Assembly: GCF_009914755.1 (NCBI RefSeq)
Contig: NC_060931.1
Length of the DNA stretch: 64,000 nucleotides
Reading direction: 5' to 3' (one strand)
DNA from: the human T2T-CHM13v2.0 reference genome, Homo sapiens
Shown: piece by piece, positions 44,817 to 57,177 of the stretch
How the letters are laid out: every line of letters begins with the position of its first letter
Position numbering within the stretch: the stretch's first letter is position 1
Translations under genes and position numbers: made by a program
The notes under the pieces: model-generated
The model's input: the letters and a program-made list of their open reading frames with translations, nothing else
Databases searched by the model: none
What the model was told of the DNA's origin: nothing

Positions 44817-45317
44817 GACTTTGGAACTTTAATAAATTGACTGGACCTTATGCATTTCTCTGTTGTGTCTATGAAAACAATAAAAATCAAAGTCATAATT
44901 TTAAAACAAGAAGACAGAAAGTGATAGGAGAAAATGAGACATTATATATATATACACAACAAATTAATAATACAAAATTAAGTATAAATGATCAAAGATT
45001 AACTTAAACCTAAGTAGACAATGTTTTTGTTAAAATACAAAGATTGGCAAAATTTAAAACATCCTTCTCTATCATAGTTACAAGAGAGGCAACTAATATA
45101 TAACTTTACAGAAACTTTGAAGTTCAAACAATACAGATAATGTGTATATATGATATACATACAAACATACTACATAAATATATTTTTTTTAAAAGTTGCT
45201 ATGTAGGCAAAATAGAATGTAAGTTAGAAACATTTATTATAATAAGTTACTCTAACCAGTGTGATAAAAGTTTTAAGTTATTAAGAAGATGTGATGACGT
45301 AAATGTGCATTAGCCTG

Positions 45318-45395
45318 ATACATACATATATATATACACACAAACCACACACTCTCTCACACACACACAGACACACACGTATTTAGAGAGAGAGT
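45318..45395. repeat. Compound (TA)n/(CA)n/(GA)n microsatellite
   Basis: catatatatatacacacaaaccacacactctctcacacacacacagacacacacg...agagagagag. Confidence 0.85.
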
Positions 45396-46001
45396 CAAAT
45401 TATATAAAGCAAAAATATCAGAAAATAGAAATGGATAAGCCCCCAAATATTATAGACATTTCAAACACACGTCTTTCAGTAATAGATAAAAGAAAAAAAT
45501 AAAAGAGTAAGTTTTAAAAGAAGCTAGTGGATTTTAAAAAGGGCAAATATTATATAAGGAACATGAATATTATAATTCATGTTATTTTCATGTTCATACA
45601 GAATACTTACAAAAATTAACATTTTCTGGTCCATACCACAAATTCAAACAATTTTCACGGAAATAACGTGACACAGAATATATTTCCTAAACAAACAGCA
45701 ATGAAGGCAGATATCAATACAAAAACGAAAGCTAGAAACATAAGTGTAATAATATTGGTTGGAAGCTATTTTAATGAATATTGTAATATTTTAAAGGTGA
45801 ATAGTCAATACAAATAAACCCAACAATTTTGTAAGGCCACTAAGATGCATGTGTAATGTGTAATGCCTCCTTTTATAAGGAGTAAATCTATAACATCACC
45901 TGGGCTATTTGACAACTGCAAAGTGAATGTGAGAAGGAGAGAAACAGTGAGAGAGAGAGAGAGATAAAACCTGTAAAATAAACATAAAGAATGAAGGAGA
46001 T

Positions 46002-46383
<382 letters not shown>

Positions 46384-48554
46384 TCACTGTTTCAGAAAAA
46401 TATTAAAATATTAACTCTAACAAGTATCTAGTTAGACTGATGGAGAAAAATACAGAAAATGCACAAAAATAGAATTACCTGGAAAGCGAACATTACAAAA
46501 CATCAGCAGTTGTAGATTTTAAATAAGCAATGATTTTTGAGTTCAACCATGATGGGGTATATTGAAAAGAATCTCTCAGAAAAAAAGAAAAAGAAAACTG
46601 TTATAAAGCTATGTACAAAATGTTCAGCACTATTAAAGTCTTCCAAATCTACCAGTTATGGAGTTATTGGTCTTGGACTAACTCTCCTGAAAAGAACAAA
46701 ACAAAACAAAAAAAACAAAACAAAACCTAAAAACCTGGATAAAATGGCCTACCGTGGGCACTGGCAATGCATCCAAGCAGGTAGGACCTGGGTGCTACAT
46801 TCTCTTTGTCAGAACACAAAGCATTCATACACTCTTCTCACCCTCACTTTCACCTTTTAATCTTAGATCTACTATTAAATGTATTCAACATTACTATCAA
46901 TCCTTTGGTCAAAATTTCTTTACTCACATTTTGCTTGATGCACTTGGATAGACTGTTCAAGAAAGTGTGAGTAGTGAATTCCTCAAACTCTTGCATATTC
47001 AAAATCACATTTTTGAACCTTGATGCTTGAAGTGTAGCTTGGGTAACAGATGGGCTTTAAGCCAATTTTGGAATGCAAGGGGTTGAGTTTATTAGGCATC
47101 AGCACCGCTGAAAATCGTGGGGATGCAGGCTTAATTTTAACACTATTTTAAATACTTGAAAGATATTATATAAGTCTTTAACAAACTCCTGTGTCTACAA
47201 ATGGTTCACATTAACTCAATATCCATGATTAAACATCTATAAAATCAAGGCACTGTTATTTAGTGGAGACTTGCTGGCTATTCTATGAGAGGAAGTATTG
47301 TTATTGTAATCTCATCCTCTCATAAAAGTGTATCATATCTCTCATAACCAGCCCTTCATATTCTATTCCTATTTTGGTATTTTAAAATAAGTTATCTTTG
47401 TAACACTTGAATTCAAAGAGGGAATCTGAATAATTTTTAAAATGTCAATGAAATGCCATTTCTTCATGCTTCAACAACTAAAAATTGACTAAGGTGCTTC
47501 TCTTCAAACTTTCTGGAACATTTTTTATCTAAATTCTAAGAACAATCACAATAGGTTTTAACCACAAATTTGAGAATATTCTAAATGTTAGGGTGGAAAA
47601 TTTTTTTAAATAATTTTATAGTAATTTTTTTCACCATAGTGACAGTGTGATAATTTTTTTTAAGACAACTATTACTGTAGACATTTAAGTCAGGATTCTA
47701 AGAAGCTGTTCTAAAGTCCAAAATTTAGTTTCATATACACTGATATTATATATATATTTGCATAAAAAATTAATGCATGTGAGCCATGTTTCAAATAGTT
47801 GAGAGATTATTATATCAAAGATTCTTGATTATATAAAATGCCGATTACTTATAGGCAGACATGCTTTAAATAATTACAAAGGCAGTTGTGGTTGATTCTA
47901 CTCTTGCTACTGGCATTTATATGGACATACTATTACGGTTTGAAGAATATTTAGGCAAATTTATCCCTCATATGACCAGAAGAACAATGCAAGATAGTTT
48001 ATATCTGAAAGGAAAAAAATCTTTATATGCTTCTGAAAGCGTAAATCATTAACAACTTGGATAATAATTAGCATAAAAATACACAAACATGCCCTCTTCC
48101 TAGCAGTAAGTACACAGTGACAACAGAATCAAAGCATGTGGCTATGTGCCTGTATATATTTCAAGACGCAGAGCACTCTATTCCTCTTCTGTGCCCTTTC
48201 TAGATGGCACAATTCCTCATGAATCTAAGTGCAGTCATAGGGTGGATTAGGGTGACCTGCCTTTTGTATGCAACTGATCTCTATTTTGGAAGTAATTAAT
48301 GTCAAATTATATTTTTAAAAGATAATTTCAAATGTCAGAGCAAAGTAGAATGGTTTCACCCCTTTTCTTTGGAACGTTTTTTCTAAGGTTGGAAAAGTAA
48401 GGTAGGCTTTAGTACGATTTTAAATAATAAGTTTTCGAAGTGAGACGCAAAATGGTGGCGCCAACACATTTCACATGTGCTACATTTTGAAGACACTTAT
48501 TGGAGAAAAGACCTTCTCATCATTTTTCTCTTACAGGAAAGGAAATAACATGTA

Positions 48555-48924
48555 CAGTTGAACCTTAAGCAACATGGAGGTTGGGGTGCTGGGCCCCCTG
48601 CACAGTAGAAAATCCACTATAACTTTGACTCCCCCAAAACTTAACTACTAATAGCCTACTGTAAGCCTTACAAATAACACAGTCAATTAACACATATTTA
48701 ATGTTATATGTCTTATATACTGTATTCTTAACAAACATGCCAGAGAAAAGAAAAAAGAAAATCATAAGGAAAATATATTTACTAGTTATTAAATGGAAGC
48801 AGATGATCAAACAGGTCTTCATCCTCATCCTTTTCATGGGCAGGGTGTGGATAAGGATGTAGAATTATTGGTTTTGCTAAGTGGACGTGCACAGTTCAAA
48901 CCCCTCTGGTACAAAGGCTAACTG
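48555..48924. mobile_element. Tigger2a-like (TcMar-Tigger) non-autonomous DNA transposon
   Basis: Degenerate terminal inverted repeats CAGTTGAACCTT...AAGGCTAACTG flanked by TA on both sides. Internal tttgactcccccaaaacttaactactaatagcctactg and terminal aagtggacgtgcacagttcaaaccc match the Tigger2 family as recalled. Confidence 0.82.
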
Positions 48925-49014
48925 TATAGCCATTGAATAGCAATTTATTTTTAGAAATTAACCTCACTAAAATACTCTTAGAAGGATGCCAAGAAAAAAA
49001 AGTATAAGTGTTTT

Positions 49015-51655
49015 TGTTTCATCTATTTCATCCTTTTATTTCATTATTTCATTTCATTTCATCATTTCATTTCATTTCCTCATTTCATCCTTTCATTTCA
49101 TCATTTCATCTCATTTCCTCATTTCATCATTTCATTTCATCATTTCCTCATTTCATCGTTTCATCATTTCATTTCATTCTTTCGTTTCATTTCATTTCAT
49201 CTCAACATTTCATTTCATCATTTCACTTCATCTCATCATTTCATCATTTCATCTCATGACTTCATTTCATCTCATCATTTCATCATTTCATTTCATTCTT
49301 TCATTTCAATTCATCATTTCATCTCAACATTTCATTTCATTTCATACTTCATCTCATCATTTCTTCATTTCATCTCATCATTTCATTTCATCTCATCATT
49401 TTATTTCATCTCATCATTTCGTCTTTTCATCTCATCATTTCATTTCATCATTTCATTTCATCTTTTCATCTCATTTCATTTCATCAATTCATCATTTCAT
49501 CTCATTTCATCATTTCATCTCATCATTTCATCTCATTTCATTTCACTACATTTCTTTGTTTCATTCCATTTCATCATTTCATCACTTCATCTCAACATTT
49601 CATTTCGTCATTTCACTTCATCTCATTTCATCATATCATCTCATGATTTCATTTCATCTCAATTCATTTCATCTCATCATTTCATCTTTTCATATCATTT
49701 CCTCATTTCATCTCATTTCATTTCATTTCATTTATTTCATCAATTCATCATTTCATCATTTGACTTCATGTCATCATTTCATCATTTCATATCATTTCAT
49801 CATTTCATCTTTTCATTCCATCATTTCATCATTTCACTTCATCATTTCATTTCATCATTTCCTCATTTCATTTCATCCTTTCATTATTTCATCTCATCAT
49901 TTCATTCTTTCATTTCATTCTTTCATTTCAACATTTCTTCTCATTGTTGCATTTCGCCATTTCATCATTTCATCATTTCACTTTGTCTCATCATTTCATC
50001 ATCTCATGATTTCATTTCATCTCGTTTCATCTTTTCATCTCATTTCATTTCATCATTTCATTTCATCTTTTCATCTCGTCATTTCATTTGATCACTTCAT
50101 TTCATCAATTCATCATTTCATCATTTCATTTCATTATTTCATCATTTAATCATTTCACTTCATTTCATCATTTCATATCATCATTTCATATCATTTCTTC
50201 ATTTCACAATTTGATCTTTTCATTTCATCATTTCATCATTTCATTTCGTTTCACTTCATCATTTCATCATTTCATTTCATTTCCTCATTTCATTTAACCA
50301 TTTCATTCAACCATTTCATTATTTCATCATTTAACTTCATCTCATCATTTCATCTTTCATTACATTATTTCATTTCATCTCATCATTTCATTTCATCATT
50401 TCGCTTCATCTCATCATTTCATCATTTCCCTTCATCTCATCATTTCATCTCATCATTTCATTTCATCTCATCATTTCATCTTTTCATCTCCTCATTTCAT
50501 TTAATCATTTCATTTCACCTTTTCATCTCATTTCATCGTTGCATTTCATCAGTTCATCTTTTTATTCCATCATTTCATCATTTCACTTCATCATTTCATT
50601 TCATTTCCTCATTTCATCATTTCATTTCATCCTTTCATTATTTCATCTCATCATTTCATTCTTTCATTTCATCATTTCTTCTCATTGTTGCATTTCGCCA
50701 TTTCATCATTTCATCATTTCACTTCGTCTCATCATTTCATCATCTCATGATTTCATTTCATCTCATCATTTCATCTCGTTTCATCTTTTCATCTCATCAT
50801 TTCATTTCATCATTTCATTTCATCTTTTCATCTCGTCATTTCATTTGATCACTTCATTTCATCAATTCATCATTTCATCATTTCATTTCATTATTTCATC
50901 ATTTAATCATTTCACTTCATTTCATCATTTCATTTCATCATTTCACCATTTGATCTTTTCATTTCATCATTTCATCATTTCATTTCGTTTCACTTCATCA
51001 TTTCATTTCATCATTTCATTTCATTTAACCATTTCATTCAACCATTTCATTTCATCATTTCATTTCATCATTCCATTTCATCATTTCATTACATTTCATT
51101 ATTTCATCATTTAACTTCATCTCATCATTTCATCTTTCATTGCATTATTTCATTTCATCTCATCATTTCATTTCATCATTTCATTTCATCTCATCATTTC
51201 ATCATTTCCCTTCATCTCATCATTTCATCTCATCATTTCATTTCATCTCATCATTTCATCTTTTCATCTCCGCATTTCATTTAATCATTTCATTTCATCT
51301 TTTCATCTCATTTCATCGTTGCATTTCATCAATTCATCATTTAATTTCATTTTTTCATCATTTCATCATTCACTTCATTTCATCATTTCGTTTCATTTCA
51401 TCATTTCATATCATTTCCTCAATTCATCATTTCATCTTTTCATTTCCTCATTTCATTTCACTACATTATTTCATTTCATTTCATTTCACCATTTCATGTC
51501 ATCATTTCATCATTTCATCATTCCATTTCATCATTTCATTTCATTTCATCTTTTCATCATTTCATCTCATTATTTCATTTCTTCATTTCATCATTTCGTT
51601 TCATTTCATCATTTCATCATTTCATTTCATCATTTCATCATTTCATTTCATTTCA
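49015..51655 (+). repeat. Degenerate (CATTT)n/(CAT)n satellite-like block, ~2.6 kb
   Basis: Continuous CATTT, CATCT and CAT units, almost G-free on the + strand, with sharp borders. Confidence 0.95.
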
Positions 51656-52520
51656 GTGATACATGTATTTAAGTGCTAATGCGATGCCCAGGAGACACCC
51701 TATTTCCCTTTGTAAAACACCTTCTTCAACAAAAGGCAACTTCTCATGGCTGGCTAAGTCTACAGGGATACTAGCCTGTCTTCAACCACCCAATTTCATT
51801 TAGAACCTCAAACAGCACCTCAGTTTCATAAAAACCTAAAACATAAACACAACACTTGGTTGTATGTGAGCCAACAGTTTCTTGTCTCTTTCTCTGCTCA
51901 AGGCTTAAGGCCGTGTCTCCCCAACTACATTCAGTGGAAGAAAAGATCCCATGGACAAATAAGTTTGAGAATTGTTGTTGCAGGAATTCTCAGAACTTTC
52001 AAAACACAAATCCTCATCCGCAGGGACCTTCAGGAGGGAGATGGCTGATGCAGCACAACTTTCTTTCACAGGAGTATCTTGCAGAATACAGTATGAGATA
52101 CAGAAAGGCTGCATTGAGTATTTTTAATGGCCAGGGCCTTGGTGGGGGTGGGGTAGGAGCTTTCCAGATAGCATCTAATGAGTAGGAACGTTCAGGTGGC
52201 TTTTTTTTTCCTTATTGGCAAAACTGAGTGTACACCATGAATGAAGCTGGTCTCCCTTATCCATGTCAAAACTAAACCCAAATTAATTGGCTAAATTGGG
52301 ACTCAACACCTCCAGAAACCACGCGGCAGAAAGCCCCAACACACTTTAAATTAGCTTACCTCATCATATTTGAGGAAAGCAAAACGCTTATGACCAGTAT
52401 GCTGCTAATAAAAGTCTACTGATAATGCTGTATGAAAAACTAGTTTTCCCAATCATAGCTGGCATAATCCACATTTTGCATTACACTTTCTCCCCTTATT
52501 TTAAATTTTACACACAGGTC

Positions 52521-52674
52521 TTTTTCTCTTCTTTTTTTAAATTTTAATTAAATTATACAAGACAGAGTCTCAGTATGTTGCCCAGGCTGCTCTTCAACTC
52601 CTGAGCTCAAGCGATACAACCGTCTCCGCCGCCCAAAGTGCTGAGATTACAGGACTGAGACACTGTGCCTGGCC
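52521..52674 (-). mobile_element. Alu monomer (FLAM/AluJ left arm)
   Basis: T-rich tail, then gacagagtctcagtatgttgcccaggctg...ctcctgagctcaagcgat...cccaaagtgctgagattacagg...tgcctggcc. Confidence 0.85.
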
Positions 52675-53038
52675 TCAAACACAAATCTTAATTCATTCTT
52701 ACAATTCTTGTGAGGTTACAAAAATGGAAGGGGAAGAGAAATGACAAGCAGGTAGGCTGACTTTGGCTTCATTATTTGGAAGGACAGTTTGCTCAGTTAA
52801 AACACACTACTGCCTACAAAGGCCAAGACAACAGAAAAATACAGACTTACATAAATAGATTTTATATGTGACAGCAGTTTGAATGGAGACTTTTTCAATG
52901 CAATGAGAAACAGCTGTGCTTGGGAATAAATGACAACGAATTTTTTTATCTCAACAGCTGTCCTGAGAGCATGTCTCTACATCTCTACCTGCATTCTGGA
53001 ATCAGGGAGAAAGCCAAAACGGACGACAAGACACTAGA

Positions 53039-53230
53039 TCAGCCGTGTACAACCCTTTGACTACAAGGACTTTTCCACCTATCTGTGGTGGTGGGTAGCA
53101 TGAAAATTATGCACAAACCTTTTTTTTTTAATCTCATCAGCTGTTGTTAGCATTAATGTATTTTATGTGCGGCCCAGGAGCATTCTTCTTCCAATGTGGC
53201 CCTGAGAAGCCAAAAGACTGGACACCTGTG
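53039..53230 (-). mobile_element. MER30-like hAT-family MITE relic
   Basis: ctcatcagctg..gttagc...gtattttatgtgcggcccag...attcttcttccaatgtggccc..gaagccaaaagactggacacc matches the reverse complement of the MER30 left end as recalled. A degenerate opposite terminus lies at ~53040-53055. Confidence 0.65.
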
Positions 53231-53348
53231 CAGTAAATCAAAAGGCTACTCCTTCTGGAAGCAATTGTAAAGAATTTCTGACATTATCTTGACATGAAAA
53301 CCAATGGATAGTGGGACAGAATGCAAAATCGTCAATAATTTTTCTTGT

Positions 53349-53606
53349 CTTTTTTTTTTTGAGTCTTGGTCTTTCTCTTTGCCCAGGCTGGAGTACACTG
53401 GTGAGATCACAGCTCAGTGTAGGATCAAGTGCTCCTCCCGCCTCAGCCACAGTAGTAGCTGGGACTACAGAGGCGCACAACCACCCCTGGCTAATATTTT
53501 ATTTTTTGTAGAGATGGGGTCTCACTATATTGTCCAGGTTGGTCTCAAACTCCTTGACTCAAGGGATCCAGGAAAGGATAACAGGTGGGAGCCACCACAC
53601 CTGGCC
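53349..53606 (-). mobile_element. AluJ-type element with internal deletions
   Basis: Poly-T, gcccaggctggagtac, gtagctgggactacag, ttttgtagagatggggtctcactat, ending ccaccacacctggcc. Confidence 0.85.
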
Positions 53607-53989
53607 ATGTGCATGAACCTTTAAGACAAACACAAGGCCCCACAAAAGTTAAGGTTTTCCCACCTAATTTCCAGGGGGATCTTTTGGTACAAGGCCGAGA
53701 AGCCCTTAAAAGTACACAGACAACTCCAAAGATTCAAGACAGTTCATTCAGGCTGAGCCAGCCCACTGGGCACACTGACCTTCAAAAAAGACCCACCCAT
53801 GACATACACCAGATGGCTCTCCAAGAATCTCTTCAGTCCTCAGGGTCCCTAAGGTACTGGACAGAGCTAGGAAAGCAACCCCATTTGCTTCTTCCTGCAG
53901 GAAACCCCTTGAGGTTAAGACCCCACAATCAGACGAGGATGGAGTGGCTCACCCTCAGTCAACAGGCCAGACTCAAGGTGGTATAATGT

Positions 53990-54150
53990 CTTAACCAAGG
54001 GTGCGGGCCTCCAGGTCTGACTCTCAACTCAGTTCTTCTTTAATAACCACACTTTGTTAATTTTCCTTAACAGGGGTTTCTGGCAAGTCAGTTCTCCCTC
54101 AGGCCTTCGGTTTCCTCACCTACAAGATGAGGGCTGGACCAGATGGAAAT
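53990..54150. mobile_element. Possible MIR fragments
   Basis: ccaggtctgactc and ggcaagtca...gccttcggtttcctcacctacaagatgag resemble MIR core motifs. Weak match. Confidence 0.4.
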
Positions 54151-54432
54151 TCAGGGGGTAAGGGGATGTCTGCGCGCAGCCCACCCCCACCCCCACGGGA
54201 CCCTGGAGCCTCCCTCCCACTTCCCACCACGCACCAGCTCCACAAATCCTACCCAAGGTGAGGGCTGGTCCCGGGTCCTCTGGCTGCCACATCAGCGAGT
54301 GCAGGAGGGACGGGAAGCCTCCAAAGGGGTGACACGGGCTCAAGGATGCAACTCCGCCAGGAGTGAACTGAGGCCCTGAAAGAGGTGTCCGGGCCGCTCC
54401 TGGAGCCCAGCCCGGGTCCCTGAACCCCTTAC

Positions 54433-54663
54433 CTCCAGGGTCTGTATCTCCTGCTGGGTGAGGTCGTTGGACACAGCGTAGTTGGTGCACAGCCCGCACA
54501 GGCTGCCAATGAAGATGACGATGAGCTTCTGGAGCTGCCCGCACTGCTGCAGCGCCCGGCTGGCCGCAGTCCTTGCGCCACCCTCCGTGGCCGCTGCATC
54601 ACCCCCACCACCGCCCTCCTTTTTCTCTCCCATAGCCTCCGCGCGCAGCGCGGCTCTATGCAG
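54433..54663 (-). pseudogene. KSR1: Non-processed duplicate of KSR1 coding exon 1 (KSR1 pseudogene fragment; N-terminal coiled-coil part of the CC-SAM/CA1 region)
   Basis: Translation [77 protein letters not shown] matches the KSR1 N-terminus as recalled ([21 protein letters not shown]...[31 protein letters not shown]). It is 231 nt long and ends at a GAG|GTAAGG donor (GT at 54432-54431). The first ATG is now CTG. No further KSR1 exons were recognised. Confidence 0.92.
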
Positions 54664-54812
54664 GCCACAGGGGCCTAGGCAGGGAGCCCGGGCACCGGCG
54701 CCTAGGCAAGGAACCCCTGAGCCAAGAGAGCTGGACCAGGAGCACCCCTCGGCGCTGCCCTTGCCAGGACGCCAGTAGAGCTGGCAGCCGAGTCTGCTGC
54801 TCTCGCCCTCAG

Positions 54813-57177
54813 AGCCGCGGCGGCGGGGACAAAAATCCCTCGGCAGCGGGGGCAAAAAGTCGCGGCGGCAAAAAGTCACGGCGGGGAAAAAGGCGCAGTG
54901 GCGGGGGGGCAAAAAGCCGCGACAGCGGGGGGCAAAAAGCCGTGGCGGGGAAAAAGCCGCGGCAGCAGGGGGCAAAAAGCTGTGGTGGTATAAAGCCGAG
55001 GCGGGGTGGGGGCAAAAAGCCGCGGCGGCGGTGGGGCAAAAAGCCGCGACAGGCAAAAAGCCACGACACAGGGGTGGAAAAAACCCGGGTTGGGGAACAG
55101 CTCGCGGCGGCGGGGGGACAAACAGCCGGGGCGGGCAAAGAGCCGCAGTGCCAGGAGGTCAAAAAGCCGCGGCGGCAGGGGTGCAAAAAGCCATGGTGGG
55201 CAAATAAGCGCGGCACGGGGGGGGGCAAAAAGCCGCGGCGTCCAAAAAGCCGCGTCGGCGGGGGGGGGCAAAAAGCCGGGGGGGGGCAAAAAGCCGGGGC
55301 GTGCAAAAACCCGCGGCGCCGGGGGGCAAAAAGCCGCGGCAACGGGGGGGCAAAAACCCTGAGCTGGCAAAAAGCCACGGCGACAAAAAGCCGTGGCAGC
55401 GGGGGGGCAAAAAGCCGCCGCGGCGGGAGGCAAAATGCCGTGGCAGCGGGGGGCAAAAAGCTGCTGTGGGTAAAATGTCGCAGCGGCAGGGGGCAAAAAG
55501 CCGCGACGGGGGATAAAAAGCCGCGGCGGGCAAAAAGCCGATGCGGGGTGGGGGCAAAAAGCCGCGGTGGTGGTGGGGCAAAAAGCCGCGGCGGCGAGGG
55601 GGCACAAAGCCGCGGCGGGCAAAAAGGCAAGGCGTGATGGGGGCAAAAAGCCACGGCGGCGGGGGGTAAAAAGCCACAGCGGGCAAAAAGCCGCAGTAGC
55701 GGGGGGGCAAAAAGCCGAGGCGGGGTGGGGGCAAAAAGTCGCGGCGGCGGTGGCTAAAAAGCCTCGGCGGACAAAAAGCCGCGGTGGCGGTGGGGCAAAA
55801 AGCCGCGGCGGCGGGTGGGGGGCAGAAAGCCGCGGTGGGCAAAAAGCCGCGGCGGCGAGCGGGGCAAAAGCCTCGGAGGGCAAAAAGCCGAGGCGGGGTA
55901 GGGGCAAAAAGCCGCGGCGGATGTGGACCAAAAAGCCATGGCGGCCGGGGGTAAAATGCCGCCGCGGGCAAAATGTCGCGGCGGCGGGGGACAAAAAGTC
56001 GCGTCGGCGGGGGCTAAAAAGCCGCGGCGGGCAATAAGCCGAGAAGGGGTGGGGGAAAAAAGCCGTGGCGGGTAAAAAGCCGCGGGGGCGGGGGGAAAAA
56101 GCCAGGGCGGGGAAAAAGCCGCGGCGGCGGGGGGGCAAAATGCAGCGGGGTGCAAAAAGCGGCAGGGGACAAAAACCCGCGGCGGCGCCGGGGGGGGGGG
56201 GGCGCAAAAACCCGTGGCGGGCAAAAAGCCCTGGCGCCTGGGGGGCACAAAGCCGCGGCGGGCAAAAAGCCGAGGCGGGGTGGGGGAAATAAGCCGCGGC
56301 GGCGGGGCGGAAAAATGCCACGGCAGCGGGGAGGGCAAAAAGGCGCAGCGGGCAAAAAGCCAAGGCGGGGTGGGGGCAAAAAGCCGCGGCGGAGGTGGGG
56401 CAAAAAGCCGCGGCTGCGGGGGGTGGCAGAAAGCCGCGGCGGGCAAAAAGCCGAGGCGGGGTAGGGGCAAAAAGCCCTGGCGGCGGTGAGGCAAAAAGCC
56501 GCGGCGGCGGGGGACAAAAACCCGCGGCGGCGCGGACTAAAAAGCCGCGGCGGCGTGGGTGCAAATGTCGCGGCGGCGGGCGGGGGCACAAAGCCGCGGA
56601 GGGCAAAAAGCCGCGGCGGCGAGGGGGGCACAAAGGGGCGGCGGGCAAAAAGCCGAGGCGCGGTGGGGGCAAAAAGCCGCCGCAGCGGTGGGGTAAAAAG
56701 CCATGGCGGCAGGGGGTAAAAAGCCGCGGCGAGCAAAAAGTCTCAGCGGCAGGGGACAAAAAGCCGCGGCTGCGGTGTCTAAAAAGCCGCGGTGGGGAAA
56801 AAGCCGCCGCAGCGGGGGGCAAAAAGACCTGGCAGGCAAAATGCGGTGGCGGGCAAAAAGCCTAGGCGGGGTTGGGGAAAAAGCCGTGGCGGGTAAAAAG
56901 CCGCGGGGGCAGGGGGTAAAAAGCCATGGAGGTGAAAAAGCCGCAGCGGCGGGGGGGCAAAAAGCGGCAGGGGGCATAAAGCGGCAGGGGGCAAAAAGCC
57001 GCGGCGTCGGGTGGGGGAAAAAGCCGCGGCGGGCAAAAAGCCCTGGCGCTAGGGGGGCAAAAAGCCGCGGCGGGCAAAAAGCCGAGGCGGGGTGGGGGTA
57101 AAGTGCCGCGGCGGCAGCGGGGGCAAAAAAGCCGCGGTGGTGGGAGAACAAAAAGCCATGGCGGCGGAGGGCAAAAT
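54813..57177 (+). repeat. GC-rich pericentromeric GGGCAAAAAGCCG(CGGCG) ('CAAAAAG') repeat cluster, CpG-island-like
   Basis: About 2.4 kb of 15-25 bp units G(3-8)CAAAAAGCCGCGGCG with very high CpG density. This repeat type is known from human pericentromeric duplication boundaries. Confidence 0.92.

Noticed and set aside
48986-51679. His/Phe/Ile/Ser-rich ORFs up to 387 aa
   Set aside because: Translation of the stop-poor (CATTT)n repeat.
52989-53078. Possible minus-strand exon (ag|GTGGAAAAG...ATGCAG|gtagag)
   Set aside because: Weak acceptor and donor, stop codons in the frames examined, and overlap with the MER30 relic.
54433-54663. The functional KSR1 gene itself
   Set aside because: The start codon is altered, there are many non-conservative substitutions, no downstream KSR1 exons were recognised, and a satellite array lies 15 kb downstream.
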